Source: Octopus sinensis (Eukaryota). Taken from it: 64,000 bases of DNA. The translations under genes and the position numbers were made by a program. The stretch spans positions 620,001-684,000 of the forward strand of contig NW_021833026.1 of assembly GCF_006345805.1 (NCBI RefSeq), in the 5' to 3' direction. The notes under the pieces were generated by a model. The model had not been told where the DNA came from, did not search any database, and saw only the letters and a program-made list of their open reading frames with translations. Positions 1 through 10,687 of the stretch are shown here, one piece after another. Position 1 is the first letter of the stretch, and each line of letters begins with the position of its first letter.

Positions 1-841
1 CTTTTTCTTGGTTTCGAAGTCCTTTTGGTTTTCTGTTGCCACACACTTTTGGGATTTTTAAATTTCTCATAAAATGTGTATATGTCCGTTTTTTATCGAC
101 GACATCTGATAAAATAATTGTTATACTAATCAAACAATATATTTGCCAGTCATCAGTTATGATAGGGTCTGGTAGTCTTATAAAATTGGCTCTTGGATTA
201 TCCCATTGACGCATAGCTTCTCTCTCGATATCTATAAACGATATCGATATCTATCCAAATGTCATCATTCATTGTATTTGAATTGTCCCATTCTCTCCAC
301 AGAGATTGTCTTTGTTCGTTTCTTTGTCTTTGAGTCTCATTTTGGCTATTCCAGTTGATGTCTGACCACTCATCGGCTTTACATCGACATGGAATTCTCA
401 TGCAAGTACAGTTGTGATTATCTTCAGGCATATTTAATTGTTAACGCGTAAATAATATCGACTGTATTTATAGTCGATTTGGGGCGTTTCGGCTTAATAA
501 AATTAGAAAATCAAAAAAAATTTACGACATTGACGCGTAATTTATTATTAAAATAGTAAAAAATATATTTTATTACTAATATTTTTTCAATATATTATTA
601 GTAAAAAAAAGAATCCCAAAATAGTTTTTATTTACTCCTTTTGCATAACACAAATTCTTGAGTTTAGCCATTTCCCCAATGGCTTGTAAAAACTATTGAC
701 TGGGTCTTTAAATAATACTTTCAAATTACCTTAGTAGTTCTTTTATCTTTAGAATACTGAAAACCAGCAAATTTTGCACAAATTTTGCACAAAAACTAAC
801 CCTAACCCTAACAACAAAACCAACAAAACCAGAATGACATT

Positions 842-1500
842 ACAGACAATGGGAAAGAGTTCAAGAATAAATGCATAAAGATAATGTGCTCCGAATTAAG
901 ACGACCTAGAACACACCGGGTTCAGGGGCAAGTGGAGAGGTTTCTTATAGTCAATTTATTTGTAGGTTTAATCAATCAATTAAAAGATGGATTAGCTCTA
1001 CAAGTGCATACAACGGAATGCTAGGGAAATTCAAGGAATTTTATCAATAAATTGTATACAAATATAACACTACACAACATGAAACTACGAAATGGGCGCC
1101 CTTCAAAATTTTTATGGGGGATAAAAGAGATTCGGAGAGAACAGAAGATCAAATAAATGCATTGTTAATGTTCGACGGAACAAATGCAGAACTAAGTGAT
1201 GAGTCAAATTCGAATTATTTTGAAAATGGCCATAAAAGAACTGAGAAACAAGTGCATGAAAACCTTGTTAAAGCTGGAGAGAAAATGAAAAAACGTCGTA
1301 AGTAGAAATATGACGCAAAAGACATTGAATTGGAGATACAGTGCTGCTGAAACACGCCAGGGATGATAACCCTGGTAACCGTAGATACCCATTATATGAC
1401 GAATTGGATATAAATAAGTACACAGTTTCAGAAAAATTTGAAACTACGTGTACTATTAATAAAGATAATGGAGAAACAGTATCAAACGTGCATTTTAGTA
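842..1500 (+). mobile_element. Ginger2/TDD-like (KRBA2/SCAND3-type) DDE integrase remnant with a 26-nt intron
   Basis: Reads TDNGKEFKN...RPRTHRVQGQVER, intron 940-965 (GTTTCT...TTGTAG), then FNQSIKRW...IVYKYNTTQHETTKWAPFKIFMG, i.e. integrase core motifs; internal stop present. Confidence 0.8.
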
Positions 1501-1699
1501 GATTGAAAAAATTTGATTAAAATTTTGAATTTTTTTATACGAATTAATTCTTATTTTTTATTGACTCCCATTAAATAAATAAATTTTTATTTATTTTGAA
1601 AATGTAAAGCACAAATGTATAATGTGTGATTTATGCAACAGGCAGAAATATAAAAACTAATAAAAGCTATAAAACCGGTGACATATTTTAAATTAGAAA

Positions 1700-3065
1700 A
1701 ATACTTAATATCCCATCAGGTTTCTCAGGACAAATCTACCTTTGACAAAATTCATTTCTGAAAATAGAGATTCGCAGGCATACGTCGATGAAAAAATTGT
1801 TATTATCGCGATCGCTAATTTTTTTAAACAACAAAATTTATCAGGAACGGAATTCCATACTGTCAGTATTTTTTCTTGTGAGGTCTTTTCATGTGAAATT
1901 GATAATTGATCATTTTCAATTATTTCCAAAGTATTTTTCAAATCAACAAATTTCTGTTTCCAAATAAAACTGTAATGTAGATCTATTAGCTGCATTTCCA
2001 GATCTTCAAAATTTATCCATTCTAGAATCTTCAAATTAAGTTTATCGAACTTGTAGTTATTGGTTGGTTTTCATCAAAAAAAAAAAAAAAAAAAAAGTTT
2101 ATCGAATGTAATTAAATCTGGATATATTATAAATTTGGATGTTTGGGAAAATAATTTTAATTCAACAAATCTCGAAGAAAATTCGTGAATTACTGACTGA
2201 ATCAACGATGAACATTCTAGAATTTTTTTAGGTAGATCTATTTTTTACGGACAAGTAAATTTGATTTTAGGAATTTTATAGTATTTTTTAAATATTTAAA
2301 ATTGTTGGAAACTACGTCAGGGTTAAAAACAACTAATTTGGCCTCAAATGGCTTAATTGAATCAATCGTGTGGCATAATAATTTATTACCACCTTGTAAA
2401 TTCATGTTTAATTCATTCTTCCATAATAGTATTCACGGCGCAATATCTGACAAAAATTGCTAGACGTTATAATCTAGATATGTCAGTACTTTTGTCAACA
2501 CAAGGGGAAATGAAATCATAAAACATAATATCTTTACTTTGTTGAAGAGAGATATTTTCACTCATCACCAAAATTCTTTCCATTAACGTGTTTCGTGAGA
2601 GGGGAATATTTTTATTTTTAAAATAATTTTTGGATTTTCTTTGAATAAGAATGGTGCACATTTTATCCACGCTTCTTTTATATATTCAACATCAGAAAAA
2701 GGTTTCCCATGCTTCGCAATAACGTAGCTAGCACTAATTGAATCAGATTGACTGTTAACGAGTTTTCTGAGTGATTCTGATTGTTGAGATTTTTTTTAAC
2801 TGAGATGCAATTGTTTCTCTTTGTTCATCCTTAGTTTTCCCAGATAATGATTTGTGAATAGTTTGAAAATGGCGTTTTATAGAAGATGTTCGGCAAGCAA
2901 TTTGGCCGGAGCATAACATACATAAAGCTTTGTCTCGTAAAAATAAAATATTAATATTAACCTCTGTTCAGCAATCCATATTCTTTTATCCATGAAGTTT
3001 GAAATCCTCTGCCATTTGAGTTAGCTTGCTTTGATTTTTTACTAACAGTATGCTTAAGAACTGAC
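1700..3065 (-). mobile_element. Degenerate hAT transposase (GTF2IRD2/SPIN/ZBED-like)
   Basis: N-terminal FQTSW..YG...ALCMLC..IACRTSSIKRHF zinc finger split by a 28-nt intron (2934-2961); IPLSRNT...VDKSTDIS; C-terminal FSSTYACESLFSEM dimerisation motif; stops and deletions. Confidence 0.85.
2050..2094 (+). mobile_element. 45-nt polyadenylated micro-insertion with 12-bp target-site duplication
   Basis: 26 unique nt + A19, flanked by AAGTTTATCGAA at 2038-2049 and 2095-2106; removal restores the hAT frame IYPDLITFDKLNLKILEW. Confidence 0.8.
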
Positions 3066-3088
3066 ATTTAATAATCTAACGTGTAGAG

Positions 3089-3560
3089 CAGTGTTTCCCA
3101 AACTTTTTCTTGTTGTCGCCCCCTTTAACAAACTTTTTAGCAATATCGCCCACCATGAAAATGTACATCGAAATAAAAAAAATTAATTTATTTATAACAA
3201 CAATCAATGAGAACAATGACGTTGTATGAATTTAGAAACAAGTTCTTTTACATTTTGAATAATTTGGCTTTATGTTTGTAAGACGAAGCCGTAGATCTCC
3301 TCTCTCAGCAACTTCTAAGCGGTTTCGACTTTTGGTAACGAGTTGAGATACAACGCTAAAGCTTCTCTCTACCAAGTAAGAAGTAGGAAAAGCGAGAAAA
3401 ATAATTTAGCTTTTTCCCATAACACAGGATATTTTTCAGGAATATCCGCCTGTAGCCAAAAATCTTGATAGGACTTTCGTTTGAATATTGGTTTCAATTC
3501 CTAATCATTTTTCAATACAATTAGTTCCAGTTGACAACAAGATTCGACGTCGTCGATATC
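3089..3560 (-). mobile_element. hAT (Buster/ZBED8-like) 3' end with terminal inverted repeat
   Basis: TIR CAGTGTTTCCCAAAC at 3089 preceded by GTGTAGAG (hAT-type target); minus strand encodes FPTSYLVERSFSVV...RNRL...RGDLRLRLT. Confidence 0.8.
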
Positions 3561-3677
3561 ATTTTAGAGAGTGATTAAATGTTCAACATAATTTTAGAGA
3601 TCGTCTTCAGAAAGTAGGTTCTTAAGATTGTCGAGACGTAGAAATTCGCTTGAAATTTAGCGATGAGTAAAGCAATA

Positions 3678-4170
3678 TTATCCGGCGACGCCCGATGTCT
3701 CCAAAGCGATTGGTACGAATATAAAGCGGCGTCCAAGTTCTTGGTATTTTTTAATTTTGGCCGTCTCAGCCTTTTCCGCAGCCGACCCGGGGGAAGTGGC
3801 AGATGACATGATTGCCGATGGAGAGAAAGAATCGATGCACGTAGCATCCCAGACGAGGCACTTGCCTTCCCGAAAAGGAAAGATTGTCATTCCGTCTGGG
3901 CGTTTGCCGTCACCACGGTCCAATCCGACAGGCTCAAGTTGTGACGGAAAGCCTGCAGCCTTGAGGGCTCTAAACACGACGTCATTTAGCGAGGCGTGGC
4001 GGGGACTTCGACCGGCACTCCTGCGACACGAAAGAGGGTGAAGCTTTTTAGCGTCGACTTTGGCTCCACATCGGTATCGGTGGATGCTGCATATGTCGAG
4101 GCCAAGCCGAAGGGAGATCCCAATCCTCAGGCAGTCGTCATCCAAAAAGGTTCCTGTTGATGTAGACGGG
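3678..4170 (-). mobile_element. CRE-like non-LTR retrotransposon, CCHC/RLE region fragment
   Basis: LDDDCLRIG...RCG...HPLSCRRSAGRSPRH...KRPDGMT...WDATCIDSF...ETSG. Confidence 0.9.
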
Positions 4171-4717
4171 TAGAGTTAAAAATAAAATTAATGTTTCCTA
4201 TATATTCTTTAAAATAATGAAATTTTTATCCCCAAAACAATTTTTGTTCAATTTTATTATTTATATTAGTTATTAAAAAGCATTCTTTATACGATCAGGA
4301 ATAAAAGAGTTAATTAAGATATATCATAATTTTTTTCGAGTTCTCACACACTGATGATGAATTCACAGCTTTCTGCACCACCTCAAGCCACAATTATTGC
4401 AGAACTAAAGCCGAGGGTACCTCGTTATGTCTCTCTGTGAAATCATGGTTATGCCTCTATTGTAATCACTTCGGGGTAAATAGTCAACGGTCTTACTTTT
4501 ACAGTGGTTACACTGTTCGTTGACAATGAAAAATTCATATTCTACAAATATGAGGATAACCAAAAAATCAATGTAAATTAACACAAAAGACAGAATGTGC
4601 TCATGTCAACAACTTCATTATACTAGTTTAATCAATAAATTATAATTATTCATAAAAGATACTTCCACACTGATAATTTTCTATGACTGTAGGGGTTAAG
4701 AAGATTCAAAATACAAC
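4171..4717. repeat. ~545-bp AT-rich segment present three times in the window
   Basis: Near-identical to 7486-8039 (direct) and ~45676-46328 (inverted). Confidence 0.9.
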
Positions 4718-5445
4718 TGTAGTCTAACTTCAAGAGACTGCTTGTGAGGTTACAGAATTCCATGTCCTTCTTCGCCAGATGGGCCTTTAGGCCAGATGGG
4801 CTTAGAGGGCATCCGAGAAAGGTTGCTTCTGATGGCTGGGTTATTTGTGCACCGGTGATGAAGTCTTGGATGATCATATTCACGTTAACTTCTAGGCCAA
4901 GGTTGCGCAAAGCAGGAATTAGGCGGGATAGGTCTTCGGTGATAAATTCCACAGAGCCGCCAATGGTCGCGTCGTCCAGGTACCATAAATTGAATGGAGA
5001 GAGGATTGATCGTACTGCCTCGTCGATTGCTAAGGCGAATAGTAATGGTCCAAGAGGGTCGCCTTGTTGGACTCCAGTTCGGGAACGGATGACTTCGTCC
5101 CCATAGATAAGTGAGGTTTCTTCCACGTACGAAAGAAAAACAAGCTGGGAAATCTCAGGAGCCCTCTCGGCGCATACCTCCATTATTCGGTCCCTACTGA
5201 CGATGTTGAACGCGTTCCGCAGATCAAGTTTAACGGCCACATGAGGATGGAGTAAGGCATCCTTTGAGAGAAAGAGAGTTCGGGCCGCGTGTACGGAAGC
5301 TTCACAGCCGTTTGGGATCCCGACTCCCATTTGTTCGAAACTTAGGCGGGAACAAACGATCCTCGAGGCCAATTTAGCAGTCAGACGGCGGAAGTAATTT
5401 CCAACAGCTATGGGACGGATTCCGCCGTCCTTCTTCCGAATGCAA
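4718..5445 (-). mobile_element. CRE-like reverse transcriptase fragment
   Basis: KDGGIRPIAVGN...VKLDLRNAFN...GVQQGDPLGP...WYLDD. Confidence 0.92.
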
Positions 5446-5714
5446 ATTTTATTAATTGTTATCCACGTGATTCATTTGTAAACAAAATTATTAATGTGAA
5501 CTCTCCAATTCTATAAGCTACTTTTTTAATTTTAAATATCATTAGCTTTTGACTAAATAAAAATTATTTTGAATATCTTTTATAAGTTTCCATATAAAAT
5601 TTTCTTCAAATTCCTATTGGGTAGCTGACTTATTTTTAAAAAAAGATATTGTTTTTTGTGTATTTATATAATATTTTAAAAATAAAAATCTAACATGTTG
5701 ATAATTCTTGATAA

Positions 5715-5900
5715 TGGGTTCTGGTCCTTTCGAGGTACTTCTCCACAAGTGAAGAGTACTTCCGTATCTTTTTGTATTCAGCAGTTGTGGCGATTGATTC
5801 AGGGGTGGATGCGGACATCAGTAGGTTCTTGGGCGAGAATTAGTCTACACACGTAGCGTCCCAGATAAGTGGCTTTCTTCTGTTGAAGGGAAACATCATT
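5715..5900 (-). mobile_element. Degenerate CRE RLE fragment (duplicated at ~48015-48210, +)
   Basis: MFPFNRRKPLIWDATCVD*FS...AEYKKIRKY. Confidence 0.75.
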
Positions 5901-6172
5901 AATTAGTCAGTATTGTTTAAATAAATAGTCGTTAATTTTTTTGACAATAACACATTTCATGATACCTGAAAAGAAATTAATATTTTATTAATCCACAGAA
6001 TTCTAACATAAAATGTCAATCAATAAATTGACTTTCTTGTTTACAAAGATAACGATTTACTGAAATAAAATATAAGATTTCAAAACACTAATCTCTTGGG
6101 TAATCTTTGATTAATAAAATGTTAAATTTATTTATAGAATAGAATGTTGTTTATTCAATTAATAATTATTGA

Positions 6173-7024
6173 TTACAAATAAGGCTTAAACCCAAAATAG
6201 AGGTGATCATTTTTGTACAAATTGTAAAAAGCATATTTCATTTCTGTCGTCAAATTCAAAAAATATTTGGAAACATAATCAACAGAGTTCGTTTTATGCG
6301 TAACGTCTTTGATCCAAAACATTCCTTTTTCTGTTAATCCGTAAATCTTAAAAAGATGTTGAATAAATTCATCAAGTTGTTCTAGATATATTATTTTGTA
6401 ATTGATGTATCCGGGCAAACACAAATCGCTCATTAATGCCCAATGTTCATTAAATTGTGAAGCCTTTTGGGAGTTATTTATTAAATAACTGACAAATTGT
6501 TCAAATGTTACAAACTCTTCAGGATAGCCAGTTAAGGCTTGTCGAACTTGTTGAACATAGTGTGGCGATTTTCCGGCATTTTTTGTTTCGTAAATAAATT
6601 TGTTTAAATATGCAGAGACTATGCGTTCGGCTGGATGTCTTACTATCAAGATTTTTTGAACGCCTTCCATATTGTTGATTGAATTCAAATTAATAAAATT
6701 TTTCTCATACGTTTTTATATAATTGACTTCGTGAATTTCATTTTGAGAAAATCGAGTACAGTTTTTGATTTTGTTTTTAATACAGTAAGTCATCAGTAAC
6801 CATTTTAGCATTGTCGTTGATCCAACTTTAGGGATTTTGCAATAAAATAATTTTTGTTCTTCTATTAAATAAAACCGATTCCATTGATGATTAGAGAAGT
6901 CGTTTTTAGTGTATATGGATGTCATTTTATTTATTTGGAATTCATAGATAACATTTGAAAAGAAAAATGTAACAAGGAGTAAAGTAAATGTCAGGATAAC
7001 TGAAGTGATTCTTTTAATCATCAA
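6173..7024 (-). CDS. Carbohydrate sulfotransferase (Sulfotransfer_2; CHST11/HNK-1ST-like), type II membrane, intronless, 283 aa
   Basis: N-terminal hydrophobic anchor; 5'-PAPS motif YCKIPKVGST; 3'-PAPS motif IVRHPAERIVSAY; HW motif. Confidence 0.9.
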   Translation of the reverse strand: MMIKRITSVILTFTLLLVTFFFSNVIYEFQINKMTSIYTKNDFSNHQWNRFYLIEEQKLFYCKIPKVGSTTMLKWLLMTYCIKNKIKNCTRFSQNEIHEVNYIKTYEKNFINLNSINNMEGVQKILIVRHPAERIVSAYLNKFIYETKNAGKSPHYVQQVRQALTGYPEEFVTFEQFVSYLINNSQKASQFNEHWALMSDLCLPGYINYKIIYLEQLDEFIQHLFKIYGLTEKGMFWIKDVTHKTNSVDYVSKYFLNLTTEMKYAFYNLYKNDHLYFGFKPYL

Positions 7025-8449
7025 ATTATTTTATTTAATAAAAAATGTTTACCTTTTGTTCAATTAATTAATTTTAAAAAAAACAATTTTGCTTTTAGCA
7101 CCAATATTTTTCAAATTTAAGTTTTTAAATCATTTAGAAGTTTCTTAGCTATTACCAAAAGAGAACTTATGGATTAATTATAAATTCTTTTGTCACGGTT
7201 TAAGTGACATTTGTCATGGTCCAGATGTGTGCCAATCCCGCAGGTGTGTCTCGATCGGGACCATTTTTCAGCAAAATATTAGATGAGTTATTTTAACATA
7301 AATTCAGCACATCGAACGATGCCGCTATACGAAAAGGTAGATACGAGAATATATTAAGTTGTTGACAAGAATGGGAACAGCTATGAAGTTAAAAATAAAA
7401 AATGAATTAAAAAAATATATTTTTCACAGTTAAAAAAATCACATGCAGTGTTTAGAGTTAATATTCTAGGTCAAAAAATTATGGTTAGAGTTAAAAATAA
7501 AATTAATGTTTCCTATATATTCTTTAAAATAATGAAATTTTTATCCCCAAAACAAATTTTTGTTCAATTTTATTATTTATATTAGTTATTAAAAAGCATT
7601 CTTTATACGATCAGGAATAAAAGAGTTAATTTAAGATATATCATAATTTTTTTCGAGTTCTCACACACTGATGATGAATTCACAGCTTTCTGCACCACCT
7701 CAAGCCACACTTATTGCAGAACTAAAGCCGAGGGTACCTCGTTATGTCTCTCTGTGAAATCATGGTTATGCCTCTATTTGTAATCACTTCGTGGGTAAAT
7801 AGTCAACGGTCTTACTTTTACAGTGGTTACACTGTTTCGTTGACAATGAAAAATTCATATTCTACAAATATGAGGATAACCAAAAAATCAATGTAAATTA
7901 ACACAAAAGACAGAATGTGCTCCATGTCAACAACTTTCATTATACTAGTTTAATCAATAAATTATAATTATTCATAAAAGATACTTCCACACTGATAATT
8001 TTCTATGACTGTAGGGGTTAAGAAGATTCAAAATACAACAATAATTATCTTAACTATGGATTTTATTTTGTGATTAAAAACGATTTGAAACATTCACGTG
8101 TTATTATTTGTTACGTGATTGTATCCATGAAGCCTTCATTACTTTCTTGGCCTCAAGTTTTTAATCATTCCGAAAGCATCTAAAACTCAAATTATTTTTA
8201 ACAACAAAAAGGATAATATTCGAAAAATAAGACGATTTATTTAATTTTAGTACTGCAGTCAAACCCCTCTAAACCAAGTCCTATCGGATAAGAATTGTAT
8301 CGTAACAATTCGTTAAATTTATTTATAAAGAAAAATTGAAACAGTAAAATTAATAGAAATCTGCCAATAAGAATTGTATCGTATTTACCTTCGATTCAGC
8401 AATCCCTAGAAATTGTTATTATAGTTGTAAGAGGAAAAATAAAAGTCTC

Positions 8450-8965
8450 GTAATATAATCTCGGACGTGGAATAACGAGTCTCTCACCGAATCGTGCAAA
8501 TGATTTCCCAGACATTCAGTCCATTTGTTTGCGTGCTCTTTGAGAGAGCCAACCAAAGGCTGCATGTTTATTCGGAGACACTCAATGTCTTGGATGTCGT
8601 TAGCTTTCTCTATTTCTTTGATGATTTTAGTGTAGAGCTGAAATTGGTCGTCGAAAGCGGCGATGGACGGGCCTTTGCTGAACCATTTTTCAATGATTGT
8701 TGCCTAGATGGGCTGAAAGGCTTTACTTTGTCCACTTTCCAGATCGGCCGATATTTTTTCCATTTAGACAAATAATTGTGACTGTTTGTGATAAGTCGCT
8801 TGACGATGTTGATCGAATTTAATATCAAGAACACTGTCAGAGCCGAGTGCAATGAGGTGTGAGACCACAACGACAGGTTGGACTAACCCAGAGTGGGTAA
8901 TGTAGCTCAGGAGATTAACAGAGCAATTCCTTATGATAATGTCCTGAGTCATAATTTATGAACAT
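8450..8965 (-). pseudogene. Orphan fragment of an axonemal dynein heavy chain (DNAH10-like tail region)
   Basis: YLSKWKKYRPIWKVDK, frameshift, then IIEKWFSKGPSIAAFDDQFQLYTKIIKEI...LKEHANKWTECLGNHLHDS, recalling DNAH10 WKRYRPLWKLDK; no further dynein exons seen in the window. Confidence 0.7.
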
Positions 8966-9170
8966 CGGTGGATGCCGCATATGTCGAGACCATCCTCAGG
9001 CAGTCGTCATCCAAAAAGGTTCCTGTTGATGTAGATGGTAGGCGCCGAGCCAGCGCCGCTGTGAGAATGTGCGGCCAAGAGTAGGCACGCTAGCCGGTGT
9101 TGGTTTAGCTCTGGTTTCATCTTCGAAAACGAGTCGGCGGCCCAGATTTCATCCCATTTCCATTGCACGG
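8966..9170 (-). mobile_element. CRE fragment (pre-RLE region)
   Basis: ...PSTSTGTFLDDDCLR; overlaps in sequence with 4100-4170. Confidence 0.75.
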
Positions 9171-9439
9171 GAATTTATTTCTTGTTATAGCATTCTATAT
9201 AAGTTGGATAAAATTTAAGTTTGCTAAATCTCTTAGGGGAACCGCCTCCCCCAAAATTACATAAAATATACACAAATTTGAGAATTAGTTACTCAAAAAT
9301 AAAAACATAATCAAAATTTCTAGTAAGATTTAGAGTTAAATCTTAATAATAAAATGGTATGGTGTGTGTCTGTCTGTCTGTGTGTCTGTCTGTCTGTCTG
9401 TCTGTCTGTGTGTGCACACCAACTTCAAATTGGCAATAC

Positions 9440-10215
9440 GATGTCCTCGACTTACATGATGAGGTCCTTAAAACCTTCCCCCCAAAAAAATAAAAAAAAA
9501 ATTTTCTGCATTTTGGTTAAAATGAACAACTACAATGTCCTCGACTTACATGATGAAGTCCTTAAAACCCTCCCCCCCAAAAAAAATTAAAAAAAAATTT
9601 TCTGCATTTTGGTTAAAATGAACAACTACAATGTCCTCGACTTACATGATGAAGTCCTTAAAACCTTCCCCCCCAAAAAAATTAAAAAAAAATTTTCTGC
9701 ATTTTGGTTAAAATGAACAACTACAATGTCCTCGACTTACATGATGGTCCTAAAACCTTCCCCCCCAAAAAAAATTAAAAAAAAATTTTCTTGCATTTTG
9801 GTTAAATGAACAACTACATGTCCTCGACTTACATGATGAAGTCCTTAAAACCTTCCCCCCCAAAAAAATTAAAAAAAAATTTTCTGCATTTTGGTTAAAA
9901 TGAACAACTACAATGTCCTCGACTTACATGACGAAGTCCTTAAAACCTTCCCCCCAAAAAAAATTAAAAAAAAATTTTCTGCATTTTGGTAAAATGAACA
10001 AAACTACAATGTCCTCGACTTACATGATGAAGTCCTTAAAACCTTCCCTCCCAAAAAAAATTAAAAAAAAATTTTCTGCATTTTGGTTAAAATGAACAAC
10101 TACAATGTCCTCGACTTACATGATGAAGTCCTTAAAACCTTCCCCCCAAAAAATCAAAAAATTATTTTCTGCATTTTGATTAAAATGAACAACGCGAATG
10201 TCCTCGACATTCATG
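9440..10215 (+). repeat. ~95-bp tandem minisatellite, ~9 units, inside outer Helitron
   Basis: Unit AAAATGAACAACTACAATGTCCTCGACTTACATGATGAAGTCCTTAAAACCTTCCCC(n)AAAAAAATTAAAAAAAAATTTTCTGCATTTTGGTT; spacing 93-96 nt. Confidence 0.95.
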
Positions 10216-10687
10216 ATGAGGTCCATTAAAACCTTCAAGGCAAAAATCTCACGTATAAGAATATCCTTGATGAAAACGACAGCGAGAATATTAACAATGA
10301 TGAACTCCCAATTATTCGCGATAAAGAAATTCAATTCATCCTATGTTTTTCTCTTTAAAATTAAATGCATATATCATTATCGACCATGAATCAAAATTAA
10401 AGCTATTATCATATTTGACTTTGACAGAATGTGCAATCACAGATTGCACGACTTTGAATAGAGTGTGCAATTAACAGATTTTGAAAAACCACTTTGATAG
10501 TTGAAACCACATTAGCACAATCATTAACACAATTTACCACCAATTGACGCACGACCTTGAATAGAGTGTGCAATTAACAGATTTTGAAAAACACTTTGAT
10601 AGTTGAAACCACATTAGCACAACCATTAACACAATTTACCACCAATTGACAGCGCAATCAGAAGAATTTGCGTAAAAATATTAACTA

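Larger units (their letters stand above)
5445..8446. repeat. 3-kb segmental duplication, copy 1 (inverted copy at 45269-48447)
   Basis: Colinear near-identity in reverse complement across sulfotransferase, CRE remnant and flanks. Confidence 0.92.

Noticed and set aside
198-431. 77-aa minus-strand ORF with Cys and Trp residues
   Set aside because: No recognisable motif or splice context; cannot support a product call
795-812. Telomere-like (TAACCC)2-TAAC at a junction before the integrase remnant
   Set aside because: Under three units; expected by chance often enough that a telomere-healing scar cannot be claimed
3757-5106. Long antisense ORFs over CRE copies (also 28322-28878, 36450-36981, 40015-40548)
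   Set aside because: Shadow ORFs expected opposite GC-richer coding sequence; not conserved in start or stop between copies
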